Below, one piece after another: positions 52,756 through 64,000 of a stretch of DNA of 64,000 nt; positions within the stretch are counted from its first letter, which is position 1, and each line of letters opens with the position of its first letter. The stretch covers positions 51,708,001 through 51,772,000 of the forward strand of contig OX597829.1 in NCBI GenBank assembly GCA_951406725.2, read 5' to 3'. A program made the translations under genes and the position numbers. This DNA comes from Octopus vulgaris. Lineage: Eukaryota. The notes under the pieces are model-generated. The model did not search any database. It was not told where the DNA came from and saw nothing but the letters and a program-made list of their open reading frames with translations.

Positions 52756-55700
52756 GTAAATACTTTATTTAGAACTTTAAAATATGAATCTCCTGAAGTT
52801 TAATCATATTTAATGAATCAGATCTCTTGCATTCGTGTACTTTGACAGTGTTCATCCTTCACATCTTAGGAAAGAGCGTTGACCTGATTGCTCAACTTGC
52901 TAGAAAAGTAGCCAAACCTCCCTCAGATCCAACCCTGCAGTTTTAAAATACAGGGTACAAAGAATTATGTGGGATAAAACATGCTGTCTGAAGGCCTCAA
53001 AGCCTAAACCAATCATATGATTATGGGTTTGTTCCCACTGCAAGACCCTGAAGGATGAAGTTTTTTACTATGATCATGGGCTGACCGAGACTTTGTGAAT
53101 GAATTGGGAAGAAACTGTAAGAAGCTTGTCATTAAACAGATTCCAAAGAAGCAAGTGTTGATGCATGTCAGCAAAACTTTTATGTAGTAAAATCAGTGAA
53201 AAGAGTACAATGAACTTGCCATGAGGAGTGGAATAATCCAAAGTTTCAGACGGATTCCTTCTTCTGGGGGACAAGTTGAAAGGAGAGAAATTAACGAGAG
53301 ACACAGTAGAGTTTTACATCCTCTACTGTTAATTGCACATAGAATATTGGGTTTAAAAGAACCTTGGATACAAAAAAGTTGAAGGGCAGCCTTCAACTTT
53401 TTTTCCCATCTGAAGGTTTTTAAACCAATATCCTACAAGTTGTTATTCTCTTTTACTCTTTTACTTGTTTCAGTCATTTGACTGCGGCCATGCTGGAGCA
53501 CCACCTTTTAGTACTTATTCTATCGGTCTCTTTTTGCCGAACTGCTAAGTGACGGGGACGTAAGCACACCAGCATCGATTGTCAAGCAATGCTAGGGGGA
53601 CAAACACAGACACACAAACACACACACATATACATATATATACATATATACGACAGGCTTCTTTCAGTTTCCGTCTACCAAATCCACTCACAAGGCATTG
53701 GTCGGCCTGGGGCTATAGCAGAAGACACTTGCCCAAGATGCCATGCAGTGGGACTGAACCCGCAACCGTGTGGTTGGTTAGCAAGCTACTTACCACACAG
53801 CCACTCTTGCTTTATCTATTTTGAATTCCATCATAAAAAAATAATTTTCTTTATATTTCTCAAAGTTTCTAAAATCATACAATATGTGTTGTGTGCACAG
53901 ACAGATATTTATAATTTACACAGAATTTTATTGTGGTTCATTAGCTGCAGTTCTCTTAGAATTGAGATCAGAAATTTTGGTTATGGTAAACCAAAAAGAA
54001 ACCACTCCGGTTTTAATATATTGTTCTTTAACTAAACGACATAAGCAAGTCTATGATCAAAAGCATTCCTGCCGTAACCATCCTACTTTTTCAGTCGAGC
54101 AGTGTGTTCAAGATTCTATACATCTAGGGGTCCTTTTTTAATTTTTCCAAGTTTGTACTGTGTAATATAAGACAAATTTGGTGACTATTTCTAACAATTC
54201 AAAGGACCTAGAGTGAAAGTGAGGAACCTTTTTTACTACCAGGAATAAACTAAAAATTCATGTAGGGACAGGGTGAATGTATGAGAAAAACGATAAATTT
54301 GTAATTTTACAAATTCAATGGTGTATACTGTATATTAGTTTATGAATTTTTAGATATGACTCAACAAGTTGTGTCAAATTTAACTCTTTAGCATTTAAAC
54401 TGTTCGTGTCCAGTCTAAGCCAGATCAAGCCTCTCTTTCTTACCTTTACAATGACATTCTAAAAATAAACAATTACACCATTGAAATCTCAAAGCTGTGA
54501 GATAATGCATAATAAATTCCAAATAATGTGGATGAATAAACATTAGATTTGATAGAAAAATCTGAATGTTAAAGGGTTAAAATGGTCGTATCTAGCCAAA
54601 ATATTCCCCTTGTTTTATGGTTAAAAACTGGCCAGATCTGGCTCCTCACACCTACCTTACAATGTCATTCTGAAGCTAAACAATCACACCATTGAAATCT
54701 GAAAGTTATGAGACAATGCATGATTAATTCAGAACATTGTGAATAAATGAACATTTGACTGAACAATCTGAATGTTGTGAAGGGTTAAGATAGAAATGAG
54801 GAGTACCATACCTCTGACAGAGCTTTCTTACAATCTGCTTAACTTTTTCATCTTTTCCATGACTATACTTCTAAGAAGCAAACTACCTGTTGTATGTGCT
54901 TCCATTGAATTTTGATGCAGTGAAGCTAATTCTAGGGCTTTTGTAGACTATCTGTAACTTTACTTATTCTTATATATTATGTCAATGTTGACTAACTCAA
55001 ATTTTACATCATGTGTGTTGTAATGAGATTCAATTTAAATACAAACACCTCTGTCCAGTTAGTATTGAAGGGATTAATATAGATGCAGGAGTGGCTGTGT
55101 GGTAAGTAGCTTGCTTACCAACTACATGATTCTGGCTTCAGTCCCACTGCGTGGCACCTTGGGCAAGTGTCTTCTACTACAGCTTCGGGCCGACCAAAGC
55201 CTTGTGAATAGATTTGGTAAAAGGAAACTGAAAGAAGCCTGTCATATATATATATATATATATATATATGTCTAAATAGATAGGTTTATGAGACAGAATC
55301 ACCCTCAAGCAACGCAATCATCATTGAGTGACATTATCCACCATATGTACATATAGGACTAAATATTAAAATTATCAAAATTAACACCTATAATTCTTAT
55401 TCCAAATTATTAAAATTATTACCTTCAATTTTTATTACAAATCATATACTTTACATTATCTAGACTACGCGCGTTTCATGACAACATATTCTTCAATATT
55501 GCTGAAATAGAATGTCTCTATACATTACCATATTAAAATGGTTATATTGCCAATCTTCAGGTCTATCTTAGATGAACTTATTTTGCTATTTACATCGTAT
55601 ATTAAGACATGACACACTAAAATTATATAACTAGAAGTTGTTGGAATAAAAGTAAATAATGAACAGAAATGTGGAATAAAAGTAGGAAAAAGAAATGTTA

Positions 55701-56348
55701 CTAAAATGAAATGATAACTAATCTGTATGGGAATTTTCTCTCCATGAATTAAACACGGCTACCATCAATTGTATAATCCAACATTGAGAGCTACTTTGTA
55801 GGGGAGAAGAGTTTTAGTTGAACAAATCAATCCCAGTATATCTTTTATCTTTTACTTGTTACACTCATTGGACTGTGGCCATGCTGGGGCACAGCTGTGA
55901 AAGGGTTTGGTCAGAGAAATTGACTCCAGTACTTATGTCTTTCTTGTTAGTTTTTTCTCACATTTGGTACTTTTTCTACCAGTTTCTTCTGTCAAACTGC
56001 TATCTTATGGGGATGTAAATGAACCAACACTGGTTGTCAAGTGGTGTTTGGTGGGGGACAAACACAAAGACACACACGCACAGGCTTCTTTCAGTTTCCA
56101 TCTACCAAATTCACTCACAAGGTATTGGTTGGCAGTAGATGACACCTACCCAAGGTGCTGTACAGTGGGATTGAACCTGAAACCATGTGGTTGCAAAGTG
56201 AGCTTCACAATTCCACACCACATCTTCATTAGTCATAGGAACAAGCACTTGACACTTATTTAACGACTGCTTTGGTGATTGATTATTTTATAAGCTCTAC
56301 AACTGAAATCTTAATAATTTTCTATGGAATTTAAATATTCTTTTTCAG

Positions 56349-56493
56349 AGTTGGTTGTGGCGTCATTGCTCGATCTGCTGGACTATTTCAGAATGTCAAA
56401 AAGATTTGTGCTTGTGATGGAGTTAATGTTTGGAATGAGAAAGTGAAACCAGGCAACACTGCTGAGAATGAATTGCCGAATGCTAAAATTTAG
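56349..56493 (+). CDS. CCS: CCS exon 7, domain III with CXC and stop codon
   Basis: tttcag|RVGCGVIARSAGLFQNVKKICACDGVNVWNEKVKPGNTAENELPNAKI*; ARSAGLFQN and CXCDG are CCS hallmarks. Confidence 0.96.
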
Positions 56494-56943
56494 AAAAATA
56501 TATTGCAACGGTTTGGGTTTTGTTGAAATTAATTTTTCTACAGAACTATTAAAAATTCAATGTCAGTTGAATTTTGAAAATATATATTATAACCATTCAT
56601 GAGTTTTTTTTCTTCTTTACTTATGAGCCCAGTATTACAGAAATCCATTAATTAGCATTAATGAAAAAAAAAATCAACAAATTGCCATTAAAGATTGTGA
56701 ATAATTTAATTTTAAACAAATCAGTCGATTATGTTTAAAAATGTTGATTTAAGCTAAACACTGGGTTTTCATTATTTTTTTCCCTCTGCCTTGATTTCTT
56801 GAAAAATTTTGTAATATTTGATGTATTATAGCTATTTCATTTTTATTTTATTATTATTATTATTTTTTAAATTTTTGTCTTTGCTTTCATTAGAAGAAAA
56901 TTTGATTTTTTTTAACATTCCAGAAATTTCTTCTGACTTTTGA

Positions 56944-57006
56944 AATAAATATATTTTTTCAAAGATTAAAGCTGTATTGTGATAAATCTAATTTCTATGG
57001 AATAAA
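56944..57006 (+). promoter_or_regulatory. Candidate CCS polyadenylation signals
   Basis: AATAAA at 56944 and 57001, about 450-510 bp after the stop codon, in a repeat-free AT-rich stretch. Confidence 0.45.
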
Positions 57007-57544
57007 ATTGTTATAGTCATGGATTTCTTACTTGTAGTTTATACTGGAGTAAAAGATTGTGACAGTTTGTTTTCTTAAGAATTTTATGTCGTTATGGATA
57101 TCATCATCATTTAACCCCTTGACGCTGGTATTACCTGAAGCATGCGAGACACTGCTCCAGTTTTTTTCTTATCTAATGAGGCTACACAAACACACAAGTG
57201 CCAACGAGATAGTGTCTATTTACATTCACCATTACAATAATATAGCGTCGTACATATACGCCTACTGGTTTTTAAAAAATCAAACTATGTGAAGCTATTT
57301 ATCATAATATGATATGCACAAGTTATTCTGCTCAAGTTAAAAAAATAGCTTGTGTGTGGTACAACTCAAGACACGGTATTATCCTTGTAAAGTATCCGCA
57401 TGTCATTGGTCTACTGCTAGTCTCATGACTTGAACGTAACCTAAAATAGCTAAGATAATGCACGGGATGGCGAGCGTGCGCACCTAACGAGATAAAGTAC
57501 ACAATAGCGAACGTAAACATACTTTAGTCACTAAAAAGTCCGTG

Positions 57545-58110
57545 ATAGATGTAGGGTAGAGGTAGACCCAGGAAGACATGGGATGAGGGGTCAAGCATGA
57601 CCTTTGAACGCTGGGCCTCACAGAGGCAATGACGAACGGCCGAGACTTCTGGAGATATGCTGTAACTGCGAAGACCCAACAAATAATGTGAGTTCATGGC
57701 TCGCTGGATGACCTGCTGTGCCTACCTTGGATTATAGGGTGACCTACTGTGCTTGATGAAACCTATTGAGTCAAGTACATCAATATCAAATGGAAATTGT
57801 AGTAGTGATACCCGTGCCAGTGGCATGTAAAAAACACCATCCGACCGTGGCCGATGCCAGCAGTGCTTTGACTAGTGTCCGTGCCGGTGGCACCTAAAAA
57901 GCACCAGCCGGTCATGGACGTTGCCAGCCTCCTCTGGCCCCTGTGCTGGTGGCACATAAAAAGCACCCACTACACTCATGGAGTGGTTGGTGTTAGGAAG
58001 GGCATCCAGCGGTAGAAACACTGCCAGATCAGACTGGAGCCTGGTGCAGCCTCCTGACTTCTCAGACCCCAGTTGAACCATCCAACCCATGCTAGCTGAT
58101 GATGATATGA
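57545..58110 (+). mobile_element. RTE LINE 3' end plus 3' UTR with (GAT)n tail
   Basis: GRGRPRKTW-like coding end running into ggtggcacgtaaaaagcacc units and the tail. Confidence 0.8.
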
Positions 58111-58183
58111 TGATCATCATCATCATCATCATTTAACGTCCGCTTTCTTGTTACGTGCCCATATATATATAGAGAGAGAGATT

Positions 58184-59058
58184 TATCCCCAAAATAATGT
58201 GGTTTTTTTAATTACATGAACGAAAAGTCAGAGGGGGATGGGATAAACTACCTGCATCAACTTGCTATAAAAGCAGGTAGTTATTTTACCTTGTACTTAT
58301 TCTTAGTGCAAGTTTTGAAGAATGCAGTTTGAGCTTAACGGTTTATTTTTTCAAAGCTATAATGGAAGTGACAAAGGAGCGTATTTTGTTTTGAGTTTAA
58401 TAAAGGTAACAAAGCAACAGAATATTAGTGCAGTATATGGGGATTGGATAATAAATGTAAGCCAATGTCAACAATGGTTCCAGAAATTCTGAGCCAGAAA
58501 CTACAGCCTAGAAGATAAGCCTTGTCCTGGAAGATTTGTAGAGCTCAACAAGGATGTCCTGCAAACCCTGGTAGAACAAAATCCCATCATAACTGTTGAG
58601 AAACTAGTAGAGAAGCTTGGATTAAGTCATTCAACCATTCATCACTAGAAGAAAAACGACCATCTTTGGTTTCAAAACAAAAGATATTCTTCCATCAAGA
58701 TAATGCTTGGAACATACAGTGAAGATGACATTCCAAAAGCTGGAGCAGTTTGAATGGGAAACGATGCCCCACCATATTTGCAGGACATTACCCCATCTGA
58801 TTATCACTCATTCCACAGTCTTCAAATCATTTGGATGGGAAAAACATGAATTCTGTAGACGAGCTCAGAACAATACTGGAGGAGTATTTTTCATCAAAGA
58901 CAAATGAATTTTGGAAGAGGAGCCTTGCAAGTCTACCAAATAGATGGAAGAGCATTGTAGAAAATGGAGGGAGTATGTTTTAGATTAAAAAAGAAATTTG
59001 TTTACCTTAATTTTAAAAAATAAGTATGAAAAAACTGCATTATTTATGGGATGGCCCA

Positions 59059-59060
<2 letters not shown>
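58184..59060 (+). mobile_element. Decayed, internally deleted mariner element
   Basis: TIR-like atccccaaaataatgtggtttt / aaaactgcattatttatgggatggcccaa; remnants FEFNKGNKAT, WFQKF, LEDKPCPGR, FHQDNA, PSDYH. Confidence 0.8.
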
Positions 59061-59106
<46 letters not shown>

Positions 59107-59514
59107 TCCGATTAAATTTGACAGCTGGCATAAAAGGAAAAGAAAACACACTATCCCACAAAAAAATACACATTCCAACAGATTCAAGTGGTCAATATAC
59201 TAATTGTTGTTGTATAGTCTCAGGAGAACAACTTCTCCTTTATGATGAATATGCGTTCATAACACTCCTGATTCGTTAGTACAAGAGATTCCGTGATAGC
59301 CAATGTTTTCACATCGTTAGCTAGAATCACCTTCTGACCTTAGAATCTAACAAGAGCTGATGGGTTTTGTTTAGAACTTCAGCAAACAAAACCATTTACT
59401 AATTTACACTGTTTCTGCCACACATATCCCTGAATCATGTACTTGGTATTAGTTGCTTTAACTATTATGGGTTGTAAGCCTTAAGATCTATTGAAATAAA
59501 TAAGAAAAAAATCA

Positions 59515-60592
59515 TCTACAATAATAAATGTGAAAGTGAATGTGTCACACTTTTTCAACTTTACTCCTCCGACCCCCTTCTCTCACTATTCAATGATACT
59601 TCTACTATTCCCCATGCTTTACCCCTCTCTCACTATTCAATGACACTTCTACTATTCTCCATGCTTTACCCCTCTCTCACTATTCAATGACACTTCTACT
59701 ATTCTTCATTTTTGTTTTTTTTTTCTTCTTAATCTTAACATTTTGGAAAAAATATTTCTCTAACTATTTCCATAAGTAATTTCCAAAATAAACATTTTGA
59801 AAAAATCTTTCTCTAAATATTATAACTGTATCAAGTAATTTAACCATAACATGTGCTTCATAATGTTTGGAACTGAAATATGTATTGAGCTCATTCTCTC
59901 ATACAATATTACTTCTCATAACTCTCTATCATAAAAATGTTGGAAACTTAGTATTTTATCAGATATTAATAAAATTTGTCAGACCTATTTTCATGCCATC
60001 AGAGCTATAAAAACTTAGCACACTTCGACTGCATGAAAATAGATTCAACTAATTTTATTATTATCTTAAAAAATACTAAATTTCAAACATCTTTATGGTC
60101 AAATGCGTTTAGAGTAATTTCCGAACCGTAAAAATCACACTTTAAAATAGTGTTTAGCGACAGCGGTGTAATTTTCCATTAAACTATGAACAGGAGTTTA
60201 GATACATACCAGCTACTACAAATGATTGTTTGTACGAAAAGTAAGGCCCTGCGTACATCAAATTGTCTTTAAATTAAGTGGTGGCAGAAGAATTATCGTT
60301 GAACTTTTAGAAGGTAAGTTTATTGTTGCCTACAGTCAGTTATATGTTGGTTGTTCAAGGGTAGAGAACGGAAACAAGCTACTTGTACTGACCCTGAATG
60401 AGAAGACAAAAAATTTTGTTTATCATGCAGTTTTGCAAATAAGTTCCAAGTCGACAAATTATATCATTGTTTTGATGAAAATTGTTCATTGCTTGAAAAA
60501 TATTGGTCAAGTTTAATAAAATTTAATGTGTACTCAATGCATGAAATGTCACTATTGGGCCCTAGGCCGACAGGAGCTAGCTTAAAAGCTAG
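59515..60592 (+). mobile_element. Probable non-autonomous Helitron
   Basis: A|TC 5' end and CTAG|T 3' end; QLYVGCSRV...KTKNFVYHAVL resembles the RepHel PIF1-helicase C-terminus; internal 47-bp tandem repeat at 59575-59705. Confidence 0.6.
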
Positions 60593-60621
60593 TATTAAAT
60601 ATAGGGCAGTCACCAAAGATC

Positions 60622-61270
60622 TTCAACCTTGTCATTAGCATATTTCTGATTAAATACACTGGCTTTGTTTCAATTAATTTTGAAAATAAGGAAGAATTTA
60701 AGATAATTTTGTCATTATTAAGCCGGTGTTTGGAATACAAGTTGACATAAAATTTTGATGTAAGGTTTTAATTTAGATCACTTTAACCCTTTTGTTACCA
60801 TATTCTTGTTGAAATACACTGGCTTTGTTCAATAAATTTTGAAAATAATGAAGAATTCAAAATAACTGTCTTAAGCTGATGTTTGGATCATAAATTAACA
60901 CAAAATTTTGATGTAAGGTTTTAATTTAGATCACTTTAACCCTTTTGTTACCATATTTCTGTTGAGAGACACTGTTTTTTTGTTTCAATCAGTTTTGAAA
61001 ATAAGGAAGAATTTAAGATAATTTTGTCATTATTAAGCTTGTGTATAGAACATTGGTATTTAAATTAACATGAAATTTCAATGTAAGATTTTAATTGAAA
61101 TAATTTTAATCCTTTTATTATAATATCTCTTTTGAAATATACTTCCCTTGTTTCAATTAACTTTAGAAATAGTGAAAGATTTATTGAAATAACTTAGATA
61201 TTATGGAGCTAGTATTTAGAATATAAATTAACATGAAATTTTGACGAAGGTTTTTAATTTAGATGATTTT
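60622..61270 (+). repeat. Four tandem left parts of TTAA MITE family 2; single copies ~9984-10150 and 26676-26972
   Basis: units start near 60622, 60783, 60936 and 61106 with ttaacccttttgttaccatatt. Confidence 0.8.
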
Positions 61271-61567
61271 TAACCTTTAGCATTCAAACTGTCCATATCC
61301 AGCCCAAATATTCTACTTGTTTTATGTTCAAACTGGCCAGATCTACCCTTTCACACCTCATTCTAAATATTAAGTCATTGAAATCCAAAAGCTATGAAAT
61401 AATACATCATCATCGTCGTTTAACATCGGCTTTCCATGCTGGTATGGGTTGGACGATTTGACTGAGGACTGGTGAACCACAAGGCTGCACTAGACTCCAA
61501 TCTGATCTGGCAGAGTTTCTAGACCTGGATGCCTTTCCTAATGCAAACCACTCTGAGAGTGTAGTGG

Positions 61568-61908
61568 GTGCTTTTATGTGCCACCAGCATGAGGGCCAGT
61601 CAGGCGGTACTGGCAACAGTCACGCTCAAATGGTGCTTTTATGTTCCACCAGCATGAGGGCCAGTCAGGCGGTACTGGCAACAGTCACGCTCAAATGGTG
61701 CTTTTATGTGCCACCAGCATGAGGGCCAGTCAGGCGGTACTGGCAACAGTCACGCTCAAATGGTGCTTTTATGTGCCACCAGCATGAGGGCCAGTCAGGC
61801 GGTACTGGCAACAGTCACGCTCAAATGGTGCTTTTATGTTCCACCAGCATGAGGGCCAGTCAGGCGGTACTGGCAACAGTCACGCTCAAATGGTGCTTTT
61901 ATGTGCCA
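61568..61908 (-). repeat. 65-bp tandem repeat, 5 copies, inside a LINE 3' UTR
   Basis: ccaccagcat at 61581, 61646, 61711, 61776 and 61841. Confidence 0.95.
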
Positions 61909-64000
61909 TCTGCACTGGCAACAACCTTGCTCAAATGTTTTTTCATGTGCCACCAGCACAAATGCCAGTAAGGCGACGCAGGTAACGATCACGCTCAAAT
62001 GGTATTTTTTTACATGATTAATTGAAAATAATGAGAATAAATAAGCATTACATTTGACAAGAGTAATATCTGAATGCAGAAGAGTTAAACAGAAAGCTTG
62101 TATCTTATAAGCACGGGAAACCTAAAATGGTTAAAGAATCAATAATTGCAGTATTTCTTTTCATGAGGTCTTGATTTAGAGTTTTATCCATGTTATGTCT
62201 AAATACATAGCACTGACACTAAAAAAAGTTTGGCAACTTATCCAAATGTGTGCGATATATGTTACGCAGTGAGTTTTGCCCCCCTCCCCCTCCAATTTCT
62301 TCATTTATCATTTTTTCCCCCCGTAACTCTAACCCTAAAACCTTAACACCTTAAAGCTAAAACTAGTATAAATGCACGAATGATGTCATAAATAACAGTG
62401 ACAAATGAAAAATACACTGCCGATAGTTGTTGTTGACAAACAATGGCATTTATTCAGCTGAATACACGTCATTGATTGGCTGAAATTACTGAAATATGAC
62501 AACTTTAACACGAAATAACTTTGAAAATATAAACTTTTCTTAAAAACGCTAAGAGTAAAAGATGTTTTATATGACACATTCTACCAGTGTTCAAAGTTTG
62601 AAAGTGTTTAGTTACAAAAAATTAATTTCTTGATCTGCCGTTCCAGTAATGCATTTGTGTTCTTGTGAACAGGATCATTTTTAAGAGATAAATTTCTAAT
62701 ATGTTTTTGTAGATTTAAATTGACCGTCCTGGAACACCCAGACCAATTGATTGGCCCAAGTGATACAAGCTGAAAGGACTTTGAGGCTGATAGATTGGCC
62801 CGATGGAACAAATGTTGCGAATGGTTGGTTTTGAGGTGAAATAGCTGATCAGAAATCGTCTTTCAGTAGATGTATCTAAATAGAAAAAAAAAGTTTTGGT
62901 GTTTTTGGCTACACATACCAAAACACTGTGTCTCAAAAGGGTTGATTAAAGTTTCTTTTTGATTAAATTTAATAAAAAAAAAAAAAATTATAAATAACTT
63001 TCCATGGAAGGAAGAAAAACAAACAACAGTTCTTTGTTATATATTTTTCAGTTTTTCTTCATTAAACTTCAAGTTAGTATACAAGGCTGACATGCTGATG
63101 ATAAAATCATCTTCAAAATAAAATAATTATAACTACATCGGGAGAATGTAAGGATGTTAGACATTTGTCCACATATACCAAGTACAATACATTAGATGTC
63201 ACAGGAAAAGAATTTAGCTACTGTATCCTGTCTCGAGTAAACAATGGTTATAAAAGGTAAAAAAAATTGCTTTAGATTCAGCAGCGATATTGTTGTTTAA
63301 AATTCAGCAAAATATGAAATTTTAAGAAAACAAATGCAAACAAAACTAATATTTTAAAATTACTTCATTTCTCCATCTCAAATATTGCAGTTTTTCACTT
63401 AATAAGAAATTAATTTCAATTTCATTTTGCCAACTACATGAACAGTAGAAAGTGTTTTAAAATAAGTAGGATTTTTATCCATTTTATTAAGTAATCTTCA
63501 TGACAGGTTTAAAAAATTTATTTATGAACAAATAATAATCCTTTCTATTATAGGCAACAAGGCCTGAAATTTGAGGGGAGACTGTTAGTCAATTATATCA
63601 ACCCCAGTGTTTCACTGGTACTCAATTTATTGACCCCAAAAGGATGAAAGGCAAAGTTGACCTCTGTGGCATTTGAAGTCAGAATGTAGCAACAGGCGAA
63701 ATACCGCTAAGCATTTTGTCCAGCATGCAATGATTCTGCCAGCTGGCCACCTTAATAATAATAATAATAATAATAAAATTAACAAATAGAAGGAAATGTA
63801 ATTTCAAACATGAAATAATAAATTTTTAAAATTATATGGTGGTTGAAGGAGAAACTTAATTTTTTAAAGAATTATATTTTACATACCTACAACATGAAGG
63901 ATTTAATTAAAAAAAAGGGAGATGCTGCAGGTGTTTCCAAGAGAGAAAAGAGATGTTAACTGAGATTCCTAAAATATCCTGATATATGAAACTTAAATAA

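Noticed and set aside
47999-56493. A Cu/Zn superoxide dismutase gene
   Set aside because: N-terminal MXCXXC domain, C-terminal CXC domain and missing catalytic ligands identify it as CCS
62180-62950. ctaaccctaa telomere-like motif within a probable DNA-transposon fragment (unassigned fragments also at 37000-38300 and 57110-57540)
   Set aside because: Fewer than two perfect telomeric units; no termini or coding motif could be established

Overview
AT-rich, repeat-dense eukaryotic DNA. The SINE/LINE families look cephalopod, most likely Octopus (inference, no search run). Two intron-rich genes diverge from a short CpG-rich interval near 35.6-35.85 kb. On the minus strand is ZCCHC7 (Air1/2-like TRAMP subunit): 14 coding exons, 34445 to 7701, 322 aa, five CCHC knuckles, an LWRRY motif and a Lys-rich tail built from microexons. 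On the plus strand is CCS (copper chaperone for SOD1): 7 coding exons, 35828 to 56493, 251 aa, with MSCKSC, a SOD-like domain, CAC and C-terminal AKI. All exons were joined by hand with GT-AG boundaries and consistent phases. The remainder is transposon-derived: several tRNA-headed SINE families, RTE-type LINE fragments and their 3' UTRs, TTAA-flanked MITEs, a full-length DD36E Tc1 element, a decayed mariner, a probable Helitron, a 93-bp satellite made from a SINE tail, and microsatellites. Most notable are a head-to-head pair of tRNA-headed elements each carrying a minimal hammerhead-ribozyme-like core, a CCS SOD domain stripped of its Zn site, and an intron-bearing tRNA-Lys-like gene. Repeat boundaries are approximate, and most ORFs in the track are spurious.
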